64,000 bases of DNA from positions 117,552,001 through 117,616,000 of the forward strand of contig OZ024742.1 of the NCBI GenBank assembly GCA_964016885.1, in the 5' to 3' direction. Below are positions 13,084 to 30,029 of the stretch, one piece after another. Source of the DNA: Eledone cirrhosa. Taxonomy: Eukaryota. The number at the start of each line of letters is the position of its first letter. Position 1 is the stretch's first letter. The notes beneath the pieces were generated by a model, which did not search any database, was not told the DNA's origin, and worked only from the letters and a program-made list of their open reading frames with translations. A program made the translations under genes and the position numbers.

Positions 13084-13869
13084 ATATATATATATATATA
13101 AAATAGTAATGAGTATAATCAAAGTTGCAGCTGCAAGTACCAGATTAGCACCCAATCTTCCAAGACTGTCACAAAGCACTCGATGGTAGAGTAATTAATA
13201 AATTACTCCTTAGAGTGAACACAATAAGTTAGGTAATAGTAACACCATGAATAAAGTGACCAGAGGCATGTTGCTACATTAATACTACAACAACGAAAAA
13301 TACAAACAGGCTAAAGATGAATCTGGACCTGATCGATAGATATTAATCAATAAATATCTATATATACACCACACACACATACATACCATATATACTCGAG
13401 TAAAAGTCGAATTTTTAACAAAAATGTTTGATGTTCGACTATTACATGGATACTACTTTTGAGGGGCTTGAATATCAGAACCTTCCCTCCAGCCATGTAG
13501 TAAGCACCCCACTCACCTTGAATTTTGGGAGAACTTCCCTCGGTCCCAATTTCTCCTAGAGACCCTAATTACTAACCAATTTAATCTAGAGATGTCAGAT
13601 ACTATATATACGCACATAATTTATAATTTAGTTTATCTATTTTTGTAAAGAATATAAATATTTCGATGAATTTTGTGCCTTTTGTTTTGATTAAGATTCC
13701 AATGAAATTTTCTTTCAACTATTTTGTTTCTCTAGAACTGTTTTTCTAGAGATATGTTTTTCTGTGAATATTTCTTTTGACAAATTACTATTTCAAATAA
13801 CGTTTTGATGAATATTTATAGACTCATATGTATATGTTTGTTAAGTGTTAACATAACCAATGATGCATA

Positions 13870-14715
13870 GAATATGAAGTGGGATTACAGGCAGGTTGAC
13901 AGAGAAGCTAGACTTTGTATGTGGTAGATGCCTGTGGGAAGTAAGCACGGGGACTACACATCAAATAGATTCTCTTAATTACCAAAGAGGTTTTCTAGAA
14001 GTTGTAGATGGATTTTGTTGCTTAGGTTTCCTAGTCAGCTATGGGAAAGGGGTTCTCTATAATGTGGTAACTGGAGTGAGAACGAACTAAACGAAGTTTA
14101 GAGAGCTTGTGTAAATAATAGCTGGACAAATCTAATATTTATTTATACTAATGTTGATACTTGTGTACTCATTAATTCATAGTATCTAGAATATGGACAG
14201 GTTAGAAGTTTAGGGAACTGCTTCCTCTGTTGACAAAGAAGGATTTCTCCCTATGAACGAAAGGCCGGTTATATGATGCCTGTGTGAGATGCATGATGCT
14301 ACATGGTATTGAGACATGGACAGCAACTGCAGAGGATATGCGATGGTTGGAGAGATATAAAGCAGGCATGCTCCATTCGATGTGCAATGTCAATGTGCGT
14401 CAAGAACCAAGCCTAGAAGAAACTGTTTATAAGAGGGATAATAAGTAATGTGCTGGAGAGAAGACTGCATTGGTATGGACATGTGATGCGCTTGGAGGAT
14501 GACCACTGGGTAAAGAAGTGCCAAGAAATCCCAGTAGAAGGAATACGCAGTAGAGGAAGATCACGAAAATCATGGGTTGAGGTGGTGAGAGCAGATCGCT
14601 GAAGCTCACGGAGGAGATGACGAAGGACAGTGACGAATGGAGAGATGCTGTGCTGAATAGGACCTGTCCCTCCCTTGCAAGCAGGGAAAAGCGGATGTAA
14701 AATGATGATGATGAA
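13870..14715 (+). mobile_element. Degenerate RTE LINE 3' fragment
   Basis: LDFVCGRC, LEVVDGFCCLG and KFRELLPLL remnants; tail matches 10960-11020. Confidence 0.85.
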
Positions 14716-15059
14716 GATAATATATATAGTAGTAATAATAAATACAAAGATCATAGAGGACTCGATAAGGGTTGTATATATATATAACTATATAGAAGCC
14801 CCCAAAAAAGAGCAAATGTTTATTGTCAGCACAGATTAAAAGTTTAAGCAAACAATTTCTTTTAACCTGTGCTAATGATAAATATATATATATATATATA
14901 TATCATCATCATCATTTAATGTCTGCTTTTCTTGTTAGCAAGGGTTGGACAAGCCTACATAGACGAAGTCAGTACTACTGACCTCCCAGACAAGCCAAGG
15001 AATCTGTATCCCTCTTATCTTTTGATACACACTTAAGGATCCTCCTATATAGAAAAGGC

Positions 15060-15104
15060 TTCTACAGGACTAGAGCTGTTTCATCCATACAAATTCCTCA
15101 GGAA
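15060..15104 (-). ncRNA. Type I hammerhead ribozyme (related to the 11479 family)
   Basis: ttc-CTGAGGA-attt(gtat)ggat-GAAA-cag(ctctagtc)ctg-TA-gaa; helix I truncated by (TA)n. Confidence 0.7.
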
Positions 15105-15332
15105 TATATATATATATAGTATTTACGTATCGAGAAAGAGAAAAAAAGGGGGGATAAGTGATACATATAGTTATTTGCCAAGTAGCGTATGCCAAAGGTG
15201 CTCGATACTAGTGCCGGCAGTATTAAATATTCGAAGTGTTAATATTAGTGGGCTAGAGAGTTAGCAGAGCGTAAGCACGTGGGAAAGTAAAAAAATCGGA
15301 GAATAGACCGTTAAAACATGTTTATTTAAAAT

Positions 15333-15375
15333 ATCACCTACGTACGTTTCGCCCAGTTGGGCTTCTCAAGGGCAT
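15333..15375 (-). ncRNA. Hammerhead U3-A8 variant (mirror copy)
   Basis: Reverse complement of 15874-15916. Confidence 0.65.
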
Positions 15376-15873
15376 AAATAATCACAAGCGTTCCTTATAT
15401 TGCTCGGAAAGAGTTTTGGGGGTTAAATCCACATCAAAAATATCTTGTTTTGATTTTGCAGCAGGTCAAGGAAGGTAACTCTGGCCGGTGTTAGGGTAGT
15501 CTTTCCCGGACATTTTTTTTTTTTTTTTTTTTTTTGCCGCATCCGTTTGTCTGAGGCTGGGTCTGGTATGCAAGGATTGTTTCCTGGGTGTTATTTTGCA
15601 GCGCCTGCCCACCGGGGTGTTAAGACTTGTTGCAGGGAGATCCAGTGTACTCCAGTGTACTATTTCACTCTTCATCCTTAACCAGCCTCAGACAAACGGA
15701 TGCGGAAAAAAAAAAAAAATTGTCCGGGAAAGACTGCCCTAACACTGGCCAGAGTTACCTCCCTTGACCTGCTGCAAAATCAAAACAAGATATTTTTGCG
15801 AACAATGAACCTTGATGTGGATTTAACCCCCAAAACTCTTTCCGAGCAATATAAGGAACACTTGTGATTATTT

Positions 15874-15916
15874 ATGCCCTTGAGAAGCCCAACTGGGCGA
15901 AACGTACGTAGGTGAT
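15874..15916 (+). ncRNA. Hammerhead ribozyme, U3-A8 core variant
   Basis: atgccc-TTGAGAA-gccc(aact)gggc-GAAA-cgtacg-TA-ggtgat; helix I imperfect. Confidence 0.7.
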
Positions 15917-16251
15917 ATTTTAAATAAACATGTTTTAACGGTTTATTCTCCGATTTTTTACTTTCCCACGTATATATATATATATATTCCACGATAGCAT
16001 GAGTTAGACAAGTTGTCCTGGTGCGAGAGAAGTCAGATCAGGTGACTGTCTTGCTTACAGAACTGATTCTGGCTTGGTTTCTATGGTTGGATGCTCTTCT
16101 TAACACCAAACACATTTTTTATTATAGAACCAAAATAACCAACTGACAGAGTGGACTGGGTAGTTTTTCATCATGTTACCAGCATGACAATATATATATA
16201 TGTGTGTGTGTGTGCATGTGTATATTATATATGTATGTATATACATGCATG

Positions 16252-16283
<32 letters not shown>

Positions 16284-17723
16284 CACCTGGGAGTAAAAGG
16301 CCTCCAGTTGTTGTCACAACACTTTTCTAAAAGAATGAAACTCTGATAAAAAAAACCTGTGGCTTCGGAAGCATCCGATGAGGCTGACCAGTTCTCCTTT
16401 TTGGTTAGTGTTTTCGATGCTTAAAAAGACCTTCAAAGCACAGGCATTGCTTGTTCAGGTTATGTCACAGTTTCGTGGAGCTGGCAGTAGCCTAAAAGTG
16501 CACCATTTTCTATAATCTGACAAGCGATTGCAATATTCTTAGCAGAGTTTGCAGCCATCATATATATATATTTATAGGCAAGTGTGGAAAAATGGATGTA
16601 AAAAAGTCTAGGATATATATGCAGTGCCCCAACATGGCCTCAGTCGGATGGCTGGAACAGGTAAAAGAGTATATGTGTATTATATTACTGAAGTTACTCT
16701 CTGTTGCTATTCTGGTCATCCAGCTGCAAACAATGTCACAAGACACAATATATATGGTCCATATATGTGTGTATGCATTGTCTTTAACAAAGTGTAATGG
16801 GCAGTATATATAATTTAGAGGAGGGCATCTTTCTAGCGAATGAAGATTTGAATACAGTTATAATTATTCCTACTGTCACATACACACTATTGATGTATTA
16901 TTGTTTTGTGTTGTCTGTTTATATTCTATAAATATATTCTTATAACTTATTTGGGATTAAGGATATTGGTTATTTCATATTTTGTAGTTTCATATGCTAT
17001 TCATTAAGCAATGTGTGTATATTTATTTATAACTATAAATGCATCTTCCACTTTATTATTTCATTATTTTATAGTTTTAAAATAGCTTGGAAATAACTAT
17101 AAAATAATTGTTTCTACTTTAGGTACAAGGCCAACAAATTTAGGGAAGTGATGCCGATTAAATCGACCCACTTTATTTTATCGATAAAATAAAATGGTTC
17201 GATTTAATCAACACATCACTTCCCAAAATTTGTGCCAAAAGTAGAAACAATTATTTGATAGTTATTTCAAAGATATTTTCTCTTATTTTTCTCTCGTAAG
17301 GGTTATCTCCCTTCCAGCAAATAATTATGCTAAATATAAATTCTACTCTGTTTGAGGCAGTATTTTTCATCAACTTTCCTCACGCTTTATTTTAGTTTGC
17401 TTCTTTAGTTATCTGTCTTTTCTCCTCCCCCTCCCCCTTTTATTGTCTTCTCATTAATATTTACTAGTGAGCCTCTGCCGCCAATTTTGAATGGCAATTT
17501 ACATATATATTAAAATTTGTTCATATGCATGACTTATGTGAAATAATAAGAAAAATATCTATGGAGTTTTAAAGCCCTGAGAATGGATGAAATGAAGTGG
17601 AAGAAAGGTTGCCTAGATTTATTGATAACTGGCCATTGAAATCCTTATAAATATGCATCATTAGAAAATTAGAGACCAATATTATAAGGCTTCAGTATAT
17701 TTCTTACATTTGTTATAAATATA

Positions 17724-17928
17724 TGATTTCTACTATAGGCACAAGGTCAACAATTTGGGAAGTCAATTAAATCGACCCCAATGCATTACTGGTGCTTTGT
17801 TTTATCGACCCTGTAAGGATGAAAGGCAAAGCTAACCTCGGCTGGATTGGAACTCAGAATGTAAAGGGCCTAAACTCTATGCCTCAAAGCATGTTATCAA
17901 CTGCTCTACCAATACTGCCAATCCACAA
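17724..17928 (-). mobile_element. tRNA-derived SINE family 2
   Basis: Matches 50010-50196 in reverse. Confidence 0.8.
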
Positions 17929-18084
17929 CCCTAAATTGTTGTAAATACTTAATACTTAATAGAAAAGACATATTATCAGTGTTTCTTTTAAGGTAAAAAA
18001 TGTTGCTTGAGAAACAGTTAATGTAATGCTGTTTCAAATTTGAAATAAACTATTTTTTTCCACTTCACCCTCTCTACCTCTCTT

Positions 18085-18345
<261 letters not shown>

Positions 18346-18439
18346 CGCAGCACAACAACAAGGTGCCTATGAAGAACAGGAAAAGTGGATTTGTTAGTAA
18401 AGTAATAAGAGTGCGAAGAGGGTGAGATAAAAAAGAGAA

Positions 18440-18628
18440 ATAATTGTTTCTACTTTTGGCACAAGGCCAACAAATACCCAGTGTATTACTGGTACTTTAT
18501 TTTATCGACCCCGTAAGGATGAAAGGCAAAGTCAACCTCGGCGGGATTTGAACTCAGATCGTAAAGGAACGTAACTATGCTGGAAAGCATGGCGTCCGAC
18601 CCTCTACCGATACTGCCAATCCACCGTC
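18440..18628 (-). mobile_element. SINE family 2 with probable TSD gagaaataat
   Basis: Matches 50010-50196; the flanking 10-mer is repeated on both sides. Confidence 0.85.
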
Positions 18629-20267
18629 TTGAGAAATAATGAGAGAGAGAGAAATTTTATAAAAAATTATGCTCAGAAAATAAATATATTGACATACAGA
18701 GGTATGATGTATATCATTATATGGTATTTTACCGAGATGGATTTCTTGTTTGTATTGTATATTGTTGGTGATATTCATGTTATATATTTGTGGAGCTTCT
18801 ATAATTCTCTAAAGAACACTTTTCATACCTAAAACAATTGGCATGTTCTAAGAAATAATGAAATATATTTTGTATACTCTTCTTCAACATTCAATTGTTT
18901 TGAATTGATAATTTCCAATGCAAACTATTGGGTTCTTTAATATATATATAGTTGCGTGAATGTGCATGTGTGTGTATGTATGCATGTATGTATGTGTTAT
19001 GTGTGTATGTATGTATTTATATATCCTTGCTAGCAAAGAGAATCAGTATGAAATTATGATGATGGTAATGATATATTTTGTGTGTGTGTATATATGTGTG
19101 TATGTATATATTTATCTATCCTTGCTAGCAAAGAGAATGGGTATTAAATGATGGTGATGATGAGGATATATGTGTGTGTATGTGTACTAGCATAGTACCT
19201 GTTAACAATGATGGTGTTTTTAGTAAAACTATCAAATCTAATAATTCCTTGATGACAGTATTCTATGTAAAGATGCATAAATCCTCTAAGTTTCCCCTGT
19301 TCTCTCTCTCTTGTCATTTCAACCATTGCTTTACTTCATTTAACATTCATTTAAATCAATTAAAGTGAATGTTTGCCATATTCTCTTTAATCATTATCAA
19401 ACACATATCAACTACATTACAATGGCGTTGTTCTACCTCTGTATTTACCTATCTGTCTGTATCTACCTATCAGACTGCTATTGGGATTCATGCTTGTTTG
19501 TTGTTGTCATTCTTGTTCTTGTTTGAAGATAGACATTATTGGTAAATATACATAAATAGATCACTATAGATAGACATTCAGACAGACACATAAACGTGCA
19601 GACTGATAGACAGATGTTCTGATACTACTCACTATTTACACATACACAAACACACACATATATGAATTTGCTGTAGAAACAGTAAGAGCTCAGCTGCCAG
19701 GCCCTAACTCTCTACTATATATATAAACCTCACATACATACACACACACATACACCAGTGTGCACACTTCACTTTAATAGACTCTGGGACACAAACTGAA
19801 GCTATGCACATCTACCAATTTCTTCCCTTCAACATACACACAACCACACCCATGCCACCCCCATGCCTTCCACCCTGCCGCCCTCCAGGCCGGACCTTTC
19901 ACCCACCTCCCCATATCGTTTTTTTTTTTTAACTTCCTCTCCTAACCTTCTCACACTACTCTTACATATATCTATTCTCTCATTACCCAAACTTTCCAGA
20001 AGAAAGACTTCTGCCTGAAACATTGAAACTTCTTCCACTTCCTCCATGCGTGAACCTAATATAACTGTAAATTTGCCTCCTGTGTTTTGTTTGTTTCATT
20101 CATTGATTATATACATACATATATACATATATATATATATCACCATCATCATCATCATTTTACGTCCGCTTTTCCCTGCTTGCAAGGGTGGACATATATA
20201 TATATATACATACATATATATATATGTGTGTGTATATATTTATATATATGTGTGTGTGTATATATAA

Positions 20268-20555
20268 TCAAATAGAGGAATCAAATTCTGTGTGCAGGGA
20301 GGAGGTTGCATTAGTATGGACATGTGATGCGTATGAAGGATGACAGCTGCATAAAAAGGTGCTGAGCACTAGAAGTTGATGGAAGCCGCGGAATGGGGAG
20401 ACCCAAGAAGACCTGGGATGAGGTGATAAAAGCCGACCTTACCCAATTGCACCTCTCAAGGGCAATGACACACGACCGTGACCTCTGGCGTCATGCAGTA
20501 ATACAGAAGACCCGACTTCCCACAGGAACAAGCCGAAGCTGAAGCATATAGACAA
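20268..20555 (+). mobile_element. RTE LINE fragment (same subfamily as 6020-7002)
   Basis: Near-identical to 6445-6725. Confidence 0.85.
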
Positions 20556-20900
20556 TAAGTTGTATTTCTTTTGACTTATGAACTTTCGGTAGGCCATACA
20601 GGTTGCTGGGTTTTGGCTCAAAATTGGTGATGTAGTCTCTTTCCTTATCAGTAAGTGAGTTGTGGTATTTTGAAGCCAGGTTGTTGATCTTCTTCATGAT
20701 GATGTGGTCTGTATTTGACGGTATCTCATGATAGAATGTTGTATCTTTCAGTTGTTCCTCAACCAAATCTTTGTAGTATTCAGCATCCATTATAACAACT
20801 GCACACCCTTTATCTGCTTGTTTAATTATTATTGTTTTATCATTTTGTATACGTTTAAGTGCAGACATTTCTGATTTGTTAATGTTTGGCCTACCATTAG
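20556..20900 (-). mobile_element. Penelope-like RT N-terminal fragment (inverted)
   Basis: IIIKQADKGCAVVIMD and NLYGLPKVHK are characteristic PLE motifs. Confidence 0.85.
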
Positions 20901-20929
20901 TATTACGTCTAAGAAGAAAAAAGGCTTAA

Positions 20930-21964
20930 TCACAGACCGATCTTTGACTCTTAGTAAAAGATAGCCGAAAAATTTGAAGCAATTACTAACAAAAGCAAAG
21001 TTTGACCTTAACAACAAAGACCACTCATTCACTGTATCTAAATGCAATGATAGTCGATGTGGCACATGTCAATCCATACATACCGGTCAATATATGAACA
21101 CAAAAACTGGAAAAATATTCCCAAATGCAAATATGAACTGCAAAAGCAGAAATCTAATTTACTGCATTAAATGCCCGAATTGTGAAGAACTATATGTCGG
21201 TCAAACTGGAAATGCACTATCGGAACGTGCACGGGTGCACCGACAGCAAATCAGAGACCCAAATGTCTGTCAGATACCCCTGAGTAACCATCTAGCAACA
21301 TGTAGTCAGAGAATATTTATAATATTTCCATTCTACAAATAACACAGCCCAAGTGAAATCAAGAGAAAAATCAAAGAAAAGAATTTTATTGATAAATTCC
21401 AACCCAAGCTAAATGAACAATAATAATGGGTATTACTCCTACTATGACTATGACTACTACCACTAACAACAACAACAACAATAATAATAATAAAACTGAT
21501 GTTGATGGTGATGATTACTAGAAAATGCTATTTTCATCATTTCTAAAAATAGCAAAACAATTGATGCTTTGGATAGGGTCAAACAGTAGTCATTAGACAT
21601 GCTCAACCAACCATGATGCCTAAACCAATCAGCTTTAGTAATCCAGTGAAACTACACACCGATTGGTCGAAATACAGTTTGCAAAATTTAGCATCCTGTA
21701 GCCACTTTTCACTGTACATAAGGCAAAGAATTTACCCATCTCATTACAGTTGAAAATTGCAAACTTGACTGTCACCAGAGAATATGAACCTGAAGATTGC
21801 GAAAGCATGAAAGTACTTGTTCAATTAACACTTAACATTTAATATTCTACTATTTCATTCTAATACCATTAAACATTTTAAAGGATTGTAAATAAAACGA
21901 GTAAATCAGACAAAGTTGGAATTCCTTTTATTAATATAATCTTCTATACACAATCATACACACC
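20930..21964 (+). mobile_element. Penelope-like GIY-YIG endonuclease fragment plus 3' terminal repeat
   Basis: ORF 20974..21342 has CNDSRCGTC and NLIYCIKCPNCEELYVGQT...ERARVHR; premature stop. Confidence 0.9.
21785..21823 (+). ncRNA. Minimal hammerhead ribozyme in the PLE 3' repeat
   Basis: Identical core to 12655-12693. Confidence 0.85.
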
Positions 21965-21986
21965 CGTGTATATTTATTTATATATA

Positions 21987-25895
<3,909 letters not shown>

Positions 25896-26011
25896 GGGGG
25901 GGGGGGGATATTGGGTAGTTAGCAAGAAGGTTATGGTTTAAATAAGATCCCCGTAATTTGGGCATAATTTAACAAGCATAAAACATATATATATATACAT
26001 ATATATATATT

Positions 26012-26081
<70 letters not shown>

Positions 26082-26086
26082 CATAT

Positions 26087-26117
<31 letters not shown>

Positions 26118-28495
26118 GGTTTAGCGTCCGTGTTCCACGCTTGCATGGGTTTGGACGGGGGTTTTCCCACTTGAGGCAAGAGTGGTTGTCTTGCTCGCAT
26201 AGGACTGTCTGGCGGGTTTTCTACAGTTGGATGCCCTTCCTAACACCAACCACATTTACAGTGTGGGGCTGGGAGGTTTTTACCGTGTTGTCTACACGGC
26301 CACATTACAGCGTGGAAGCTGGATGCCCTTCCTAACACCAACCACATTTACAGTGTGGGGCTGGGAGGTTTTTACCGTGTTACCTACACGGCCACATTTA
26401 CAGCGTGGACTGTGTGTTTTTTGTCGTGACACCTACACGATCTCATTTGTTTCGGCCTGGATGTTGTGGGACCAACATAACTTTACATTGAAAGGGGCGG
26501 TGTGGGTGGGGTGGAGGGTGGTGGGACGGGGTTGTGTTTTGATAGAGATGCCTACTGACTGTAGTAGGTTTTTACTTTGTATTTAGGTAAGGCGGGTCTT
26601 CTCTATTACTGAGTACCGCCAAAGGTCTCGGTCCAGTGACATTGTCTTGGAGAGGTGTAAGCGTGTGAGGTCGGAATTTATCAGCTCGTCCCATGTTTTT
26701 CTGGGTCTGCCTACTCCGTGGCTACCGTCTATCTTTATTGCCCTGCACTTTGTTATACAGCTGTCATCTTTCATGCGCATCACGTGACCGTACCAACGTA
26801 GCCTTCTCTCGAGTAAACAACATCTGATCCCTCTTATTTCTAATTTTTTCCTTAGTTCGTTTATGCTTTGCCGTTCACGTATATTACTATTGCACATCCA
26901 GCGGAGCATGCAAGCTTCGTTCCTCTCTAGTCTGCGTATATCCTCTGCACACAATGCCCAGGTCTCACTGCCATGCAGCATTGCTGTTCGTATGCAGGCG
27001 TCGTATAACCTGCCTTTCATTTTTAGGGAGAACCCTCTAGCGGCTAATAGTGGTATAAGCTCTCTGAACTTTTTCCATCCAGTTCTGACTCTAGCTACTG
27101 TACTTTCAGAGCACCCTCCCCCACTGCTGATTTTGTCACCCAGATAACGGAAGCTGTCCACTATTTCTATAGAACCCTCTGCGCAGTTGAAGGAGCTAGT
27201 ATTTTGTGGGCACTTGCTGCTACTTATTGCACCAGAGCACCGGCCACATGTAAAATCTATGTTCTTAGTTAGCTTACCTGTGATCCCACTACATCTTTTA
27301 TGCACCCATACTTTACATTTGGGACATAAAATGGAGTTTCTACCTACGCCTTTCCTACACACTGAGCATGGCCATTTCCCCGATGGGACCGCCGCCTTAT
27401 TTTCTTACCTACAAACTAGAACTTTAGTCTTAGCCAGGTTAATTTTAAGGCCTTTTGATTCTAGGCCGTGCTTCCACGTTTGGAATTTATTCTCTAGTTC
27501 GGTCATTGATTCAGCTATGAGCATTAGATCATCTGCGTATAGGAGTTCCCATGGGCAGCCGGTCTTGAACTCCTCTGTTATAGCCTGAAGGGCAATAATA
27601 AATAGTAGGGGGCTAAGAACAGAGCCCTGATGGACACCAACTTTTACGCTAAACTCTTCACTATATTCGTTGTTAATTCTAACCTTACTGACTGTTTCTT
27701 TATACATGGCTTGTATAGCTCTCACAAGCCATTCGTCAACACCTAGTTTTCTAAGAGACCACCAGATAATGGAACGGGGGACTCTGTCGAAGGCTTTCTC
27801 CAAGTCGACGAAAGCTAAGTATAGGGGTTTACTTTTAGCTAGGTACTTCTCCTGTAGTTGTCGTACAATGAAAAGAGCGTCTGTGGTACTTTTGCCTGAC
27901 ACAAACCCGAACTGCATTTCATCTAGATCAATTCTCTCTCTGATTAGTTGCGCTATTACTTTTTCCGTGACCTTCATGACCTGGTCGATTAATTTAATGC
28001 CTCTATAGTTACTCCTATCTAGGGCATCTCCTTTTCCCTTATAGCAGTTAACGATGATGCTGCTACGCCATTCCTTCGGAACAACCCCATTCTGTACGAC
28101 TTGGGGTTAACTATCCGGGTGACCATGGTGTGTCCCACCGAACCAGATGCCTTCAGCATCTCAGCAACTATTTCCGAAGGCCCAGCCGCCTTACCCGTCT
28201 TCATATCTTTGATTGCCTTACTTATTATACTACCTTCAACTAACACTGCTGGTCCCTCTATTGGATCGATCTGGGGGAGACTGTCTTTCTCCCATTTGTT
28301 CTCCTCATTTAGAAGCCTTTCGTAGTGACACTTCCAAGCTACCTTCTTATCAGCGTCGGTGATGGCAAGTATGCCATCATCGTTAAGTACACACTTCTCC
28401 CCGACAATATCACGGTTTTCCTTGACACATTGCCTGGCAATCCTGAACACCTCACGTTTTTGGTCCTCACGTTGTAGAACATGCTTGAACTTTCT
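26087..28495 (-). mobile_element. RTE LINE copy B, 5'-truncated, frameshifted
   Basis: ORFs 27405..27977 and 26583..27362; duplicated 3' UTR block; (CAT)n tail. Confidence 0.95.
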
Positions 28496-28497
28496 TA

Positions 28498-28551
<54 letters not shown>

Positions 28552-28581
28552 TATACATATATATATGATGATATATACATA

Positions 28582-28674
<93 letters not shown>

Positions 28675-29264
28675 TAAAAAAAAGCCTTCGTGAGCCCCTT
28701 TTTTTAAGTAAAAAGAAATTCAAACACACACACACACACAAGCACACAAATAAACATACATATCTTTACTTTCTTTATTTTAATAGAAAATTTGACACCC
28801 CAGCAAACTAACCATATTCACTGAACCAGAACAATTCTCCCATCCCATTTATCTTGACCATTATCTTTTGCTTGTCATAAAATTCTCTAAAAAGGCTACA
28901 GAATAGATTTCCAAATAAGGGTGCGAAAATTTAATGAAAACTTGTTCATGTGACAACCATAATTTCATTTATAACCAATCAAATTACATTTATTTAAAAA
29001 AAGCCTTTGTGAGCCCCTTTTTTTTTAAGTAAAAAGAAATTCAAATACTCATATATGAAAAAACAACCTGTGCCCCCCCCCCCTCCCGCTTTTTGAAGAA
29101 CTTTGTAACGCGAACTGGCGAGAAATTTATTATAATTATTGACCAACCAATCAAATTACTTCTCTAAAAACCTGCATTTCGAGCCACTTTTTTCCATATA
29201 ATACAAGTAACATTCAGAGACCAACCAGATGTGAGAAAGACCCCATGACCCTCCATCTCAACTC

Positions 29265-29303
29265 TACGTTTGAAAAGCAGAAGAACTGCGAAACCGGTAA
29301 AGG
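29265..29303 (+). ncRNA. Hammerhead-like motif, U3-A8 core, decayed helix I
   Basis: TTGAAAA-gcag(aagaa)ctgc-GAAA-ccgg-TA. Confidence 0.6.
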
Positions 29304-29412
29304 AACCAAATAAATATATATATTTTTTTTAAAATAAGACTCCAGTTGCATTTTCGATTTCATCTTTTTTTCTATATACATATATATATATATACACATA
29401 TAATATATATAC

Positions 29413-29479
<67 letters not shown>

Positions 29480-29480
<1 letters not shown>

Positions 29481-29632
29481 TATTTTTATTTTTATTTTTA
29501 TTTTTATTTTTATTTTTATTTTTATTTTTATTTTTATTTTTATTTTTATTTTTATTTTTATTTTTATTTTTATTTTTATTTTTATTTTTATTTTTATTTT
29601 TATTTTTATTTTTATTTTTATTTTTTATTTTA
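29480..29632. repeat. (TTTTTA)n hexamer repeat
   Basis: Seen directly. Confidence 0.95.
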
Positions 29633-29715
29633 ATTTCATTCACACCGTTTCCTTTCGCTATATGTCTCTCCACCACTCCCTTACACACCCTTTGAACTCT
29701 GTTCCCACACACGTC

Positions 29716-29752
29716 TCACCTGAGGAAGGGCTTATGCCCGAAACGTCGTTCC
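29716..29752 (+). ncRNA. Hammerhead-like motif
   Basis: CTGAGGA-a-gggc(ttat)gccc-GAAA-cg-TC; helix I weak. Confidence 0.5.
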
Positions 29753-29845
29753 CCACCAACACCCCACTCTCCAGAGCGTGAAATTAATAAACATTCGTTG
29801 TACTGCCTCTCTGTTTTGTTCCTGTTCAAATTTTTCCATTATATT

Positions 29846-29979
<134 letters not shown>

Positions 29980-30029
29980 CATACATATATATATATATAT
30001 ACATATATAAATACATATACATATATAAA

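Larger units (their letters stand above)
15277..15971. repeat. Long inverted repeat (arms 15277-15560 and 15682-15971) in (TA)n; probable PLE terminal repeat
   Basis: Arms are reverse complements apart from small indels. Confidence 0.9.

Noticed and set aside
16340-16425. Hairpin with CCGATGA / CTGATAA motifs
   Set aside because: No correctly placed GAAA...UH; cannot be supported
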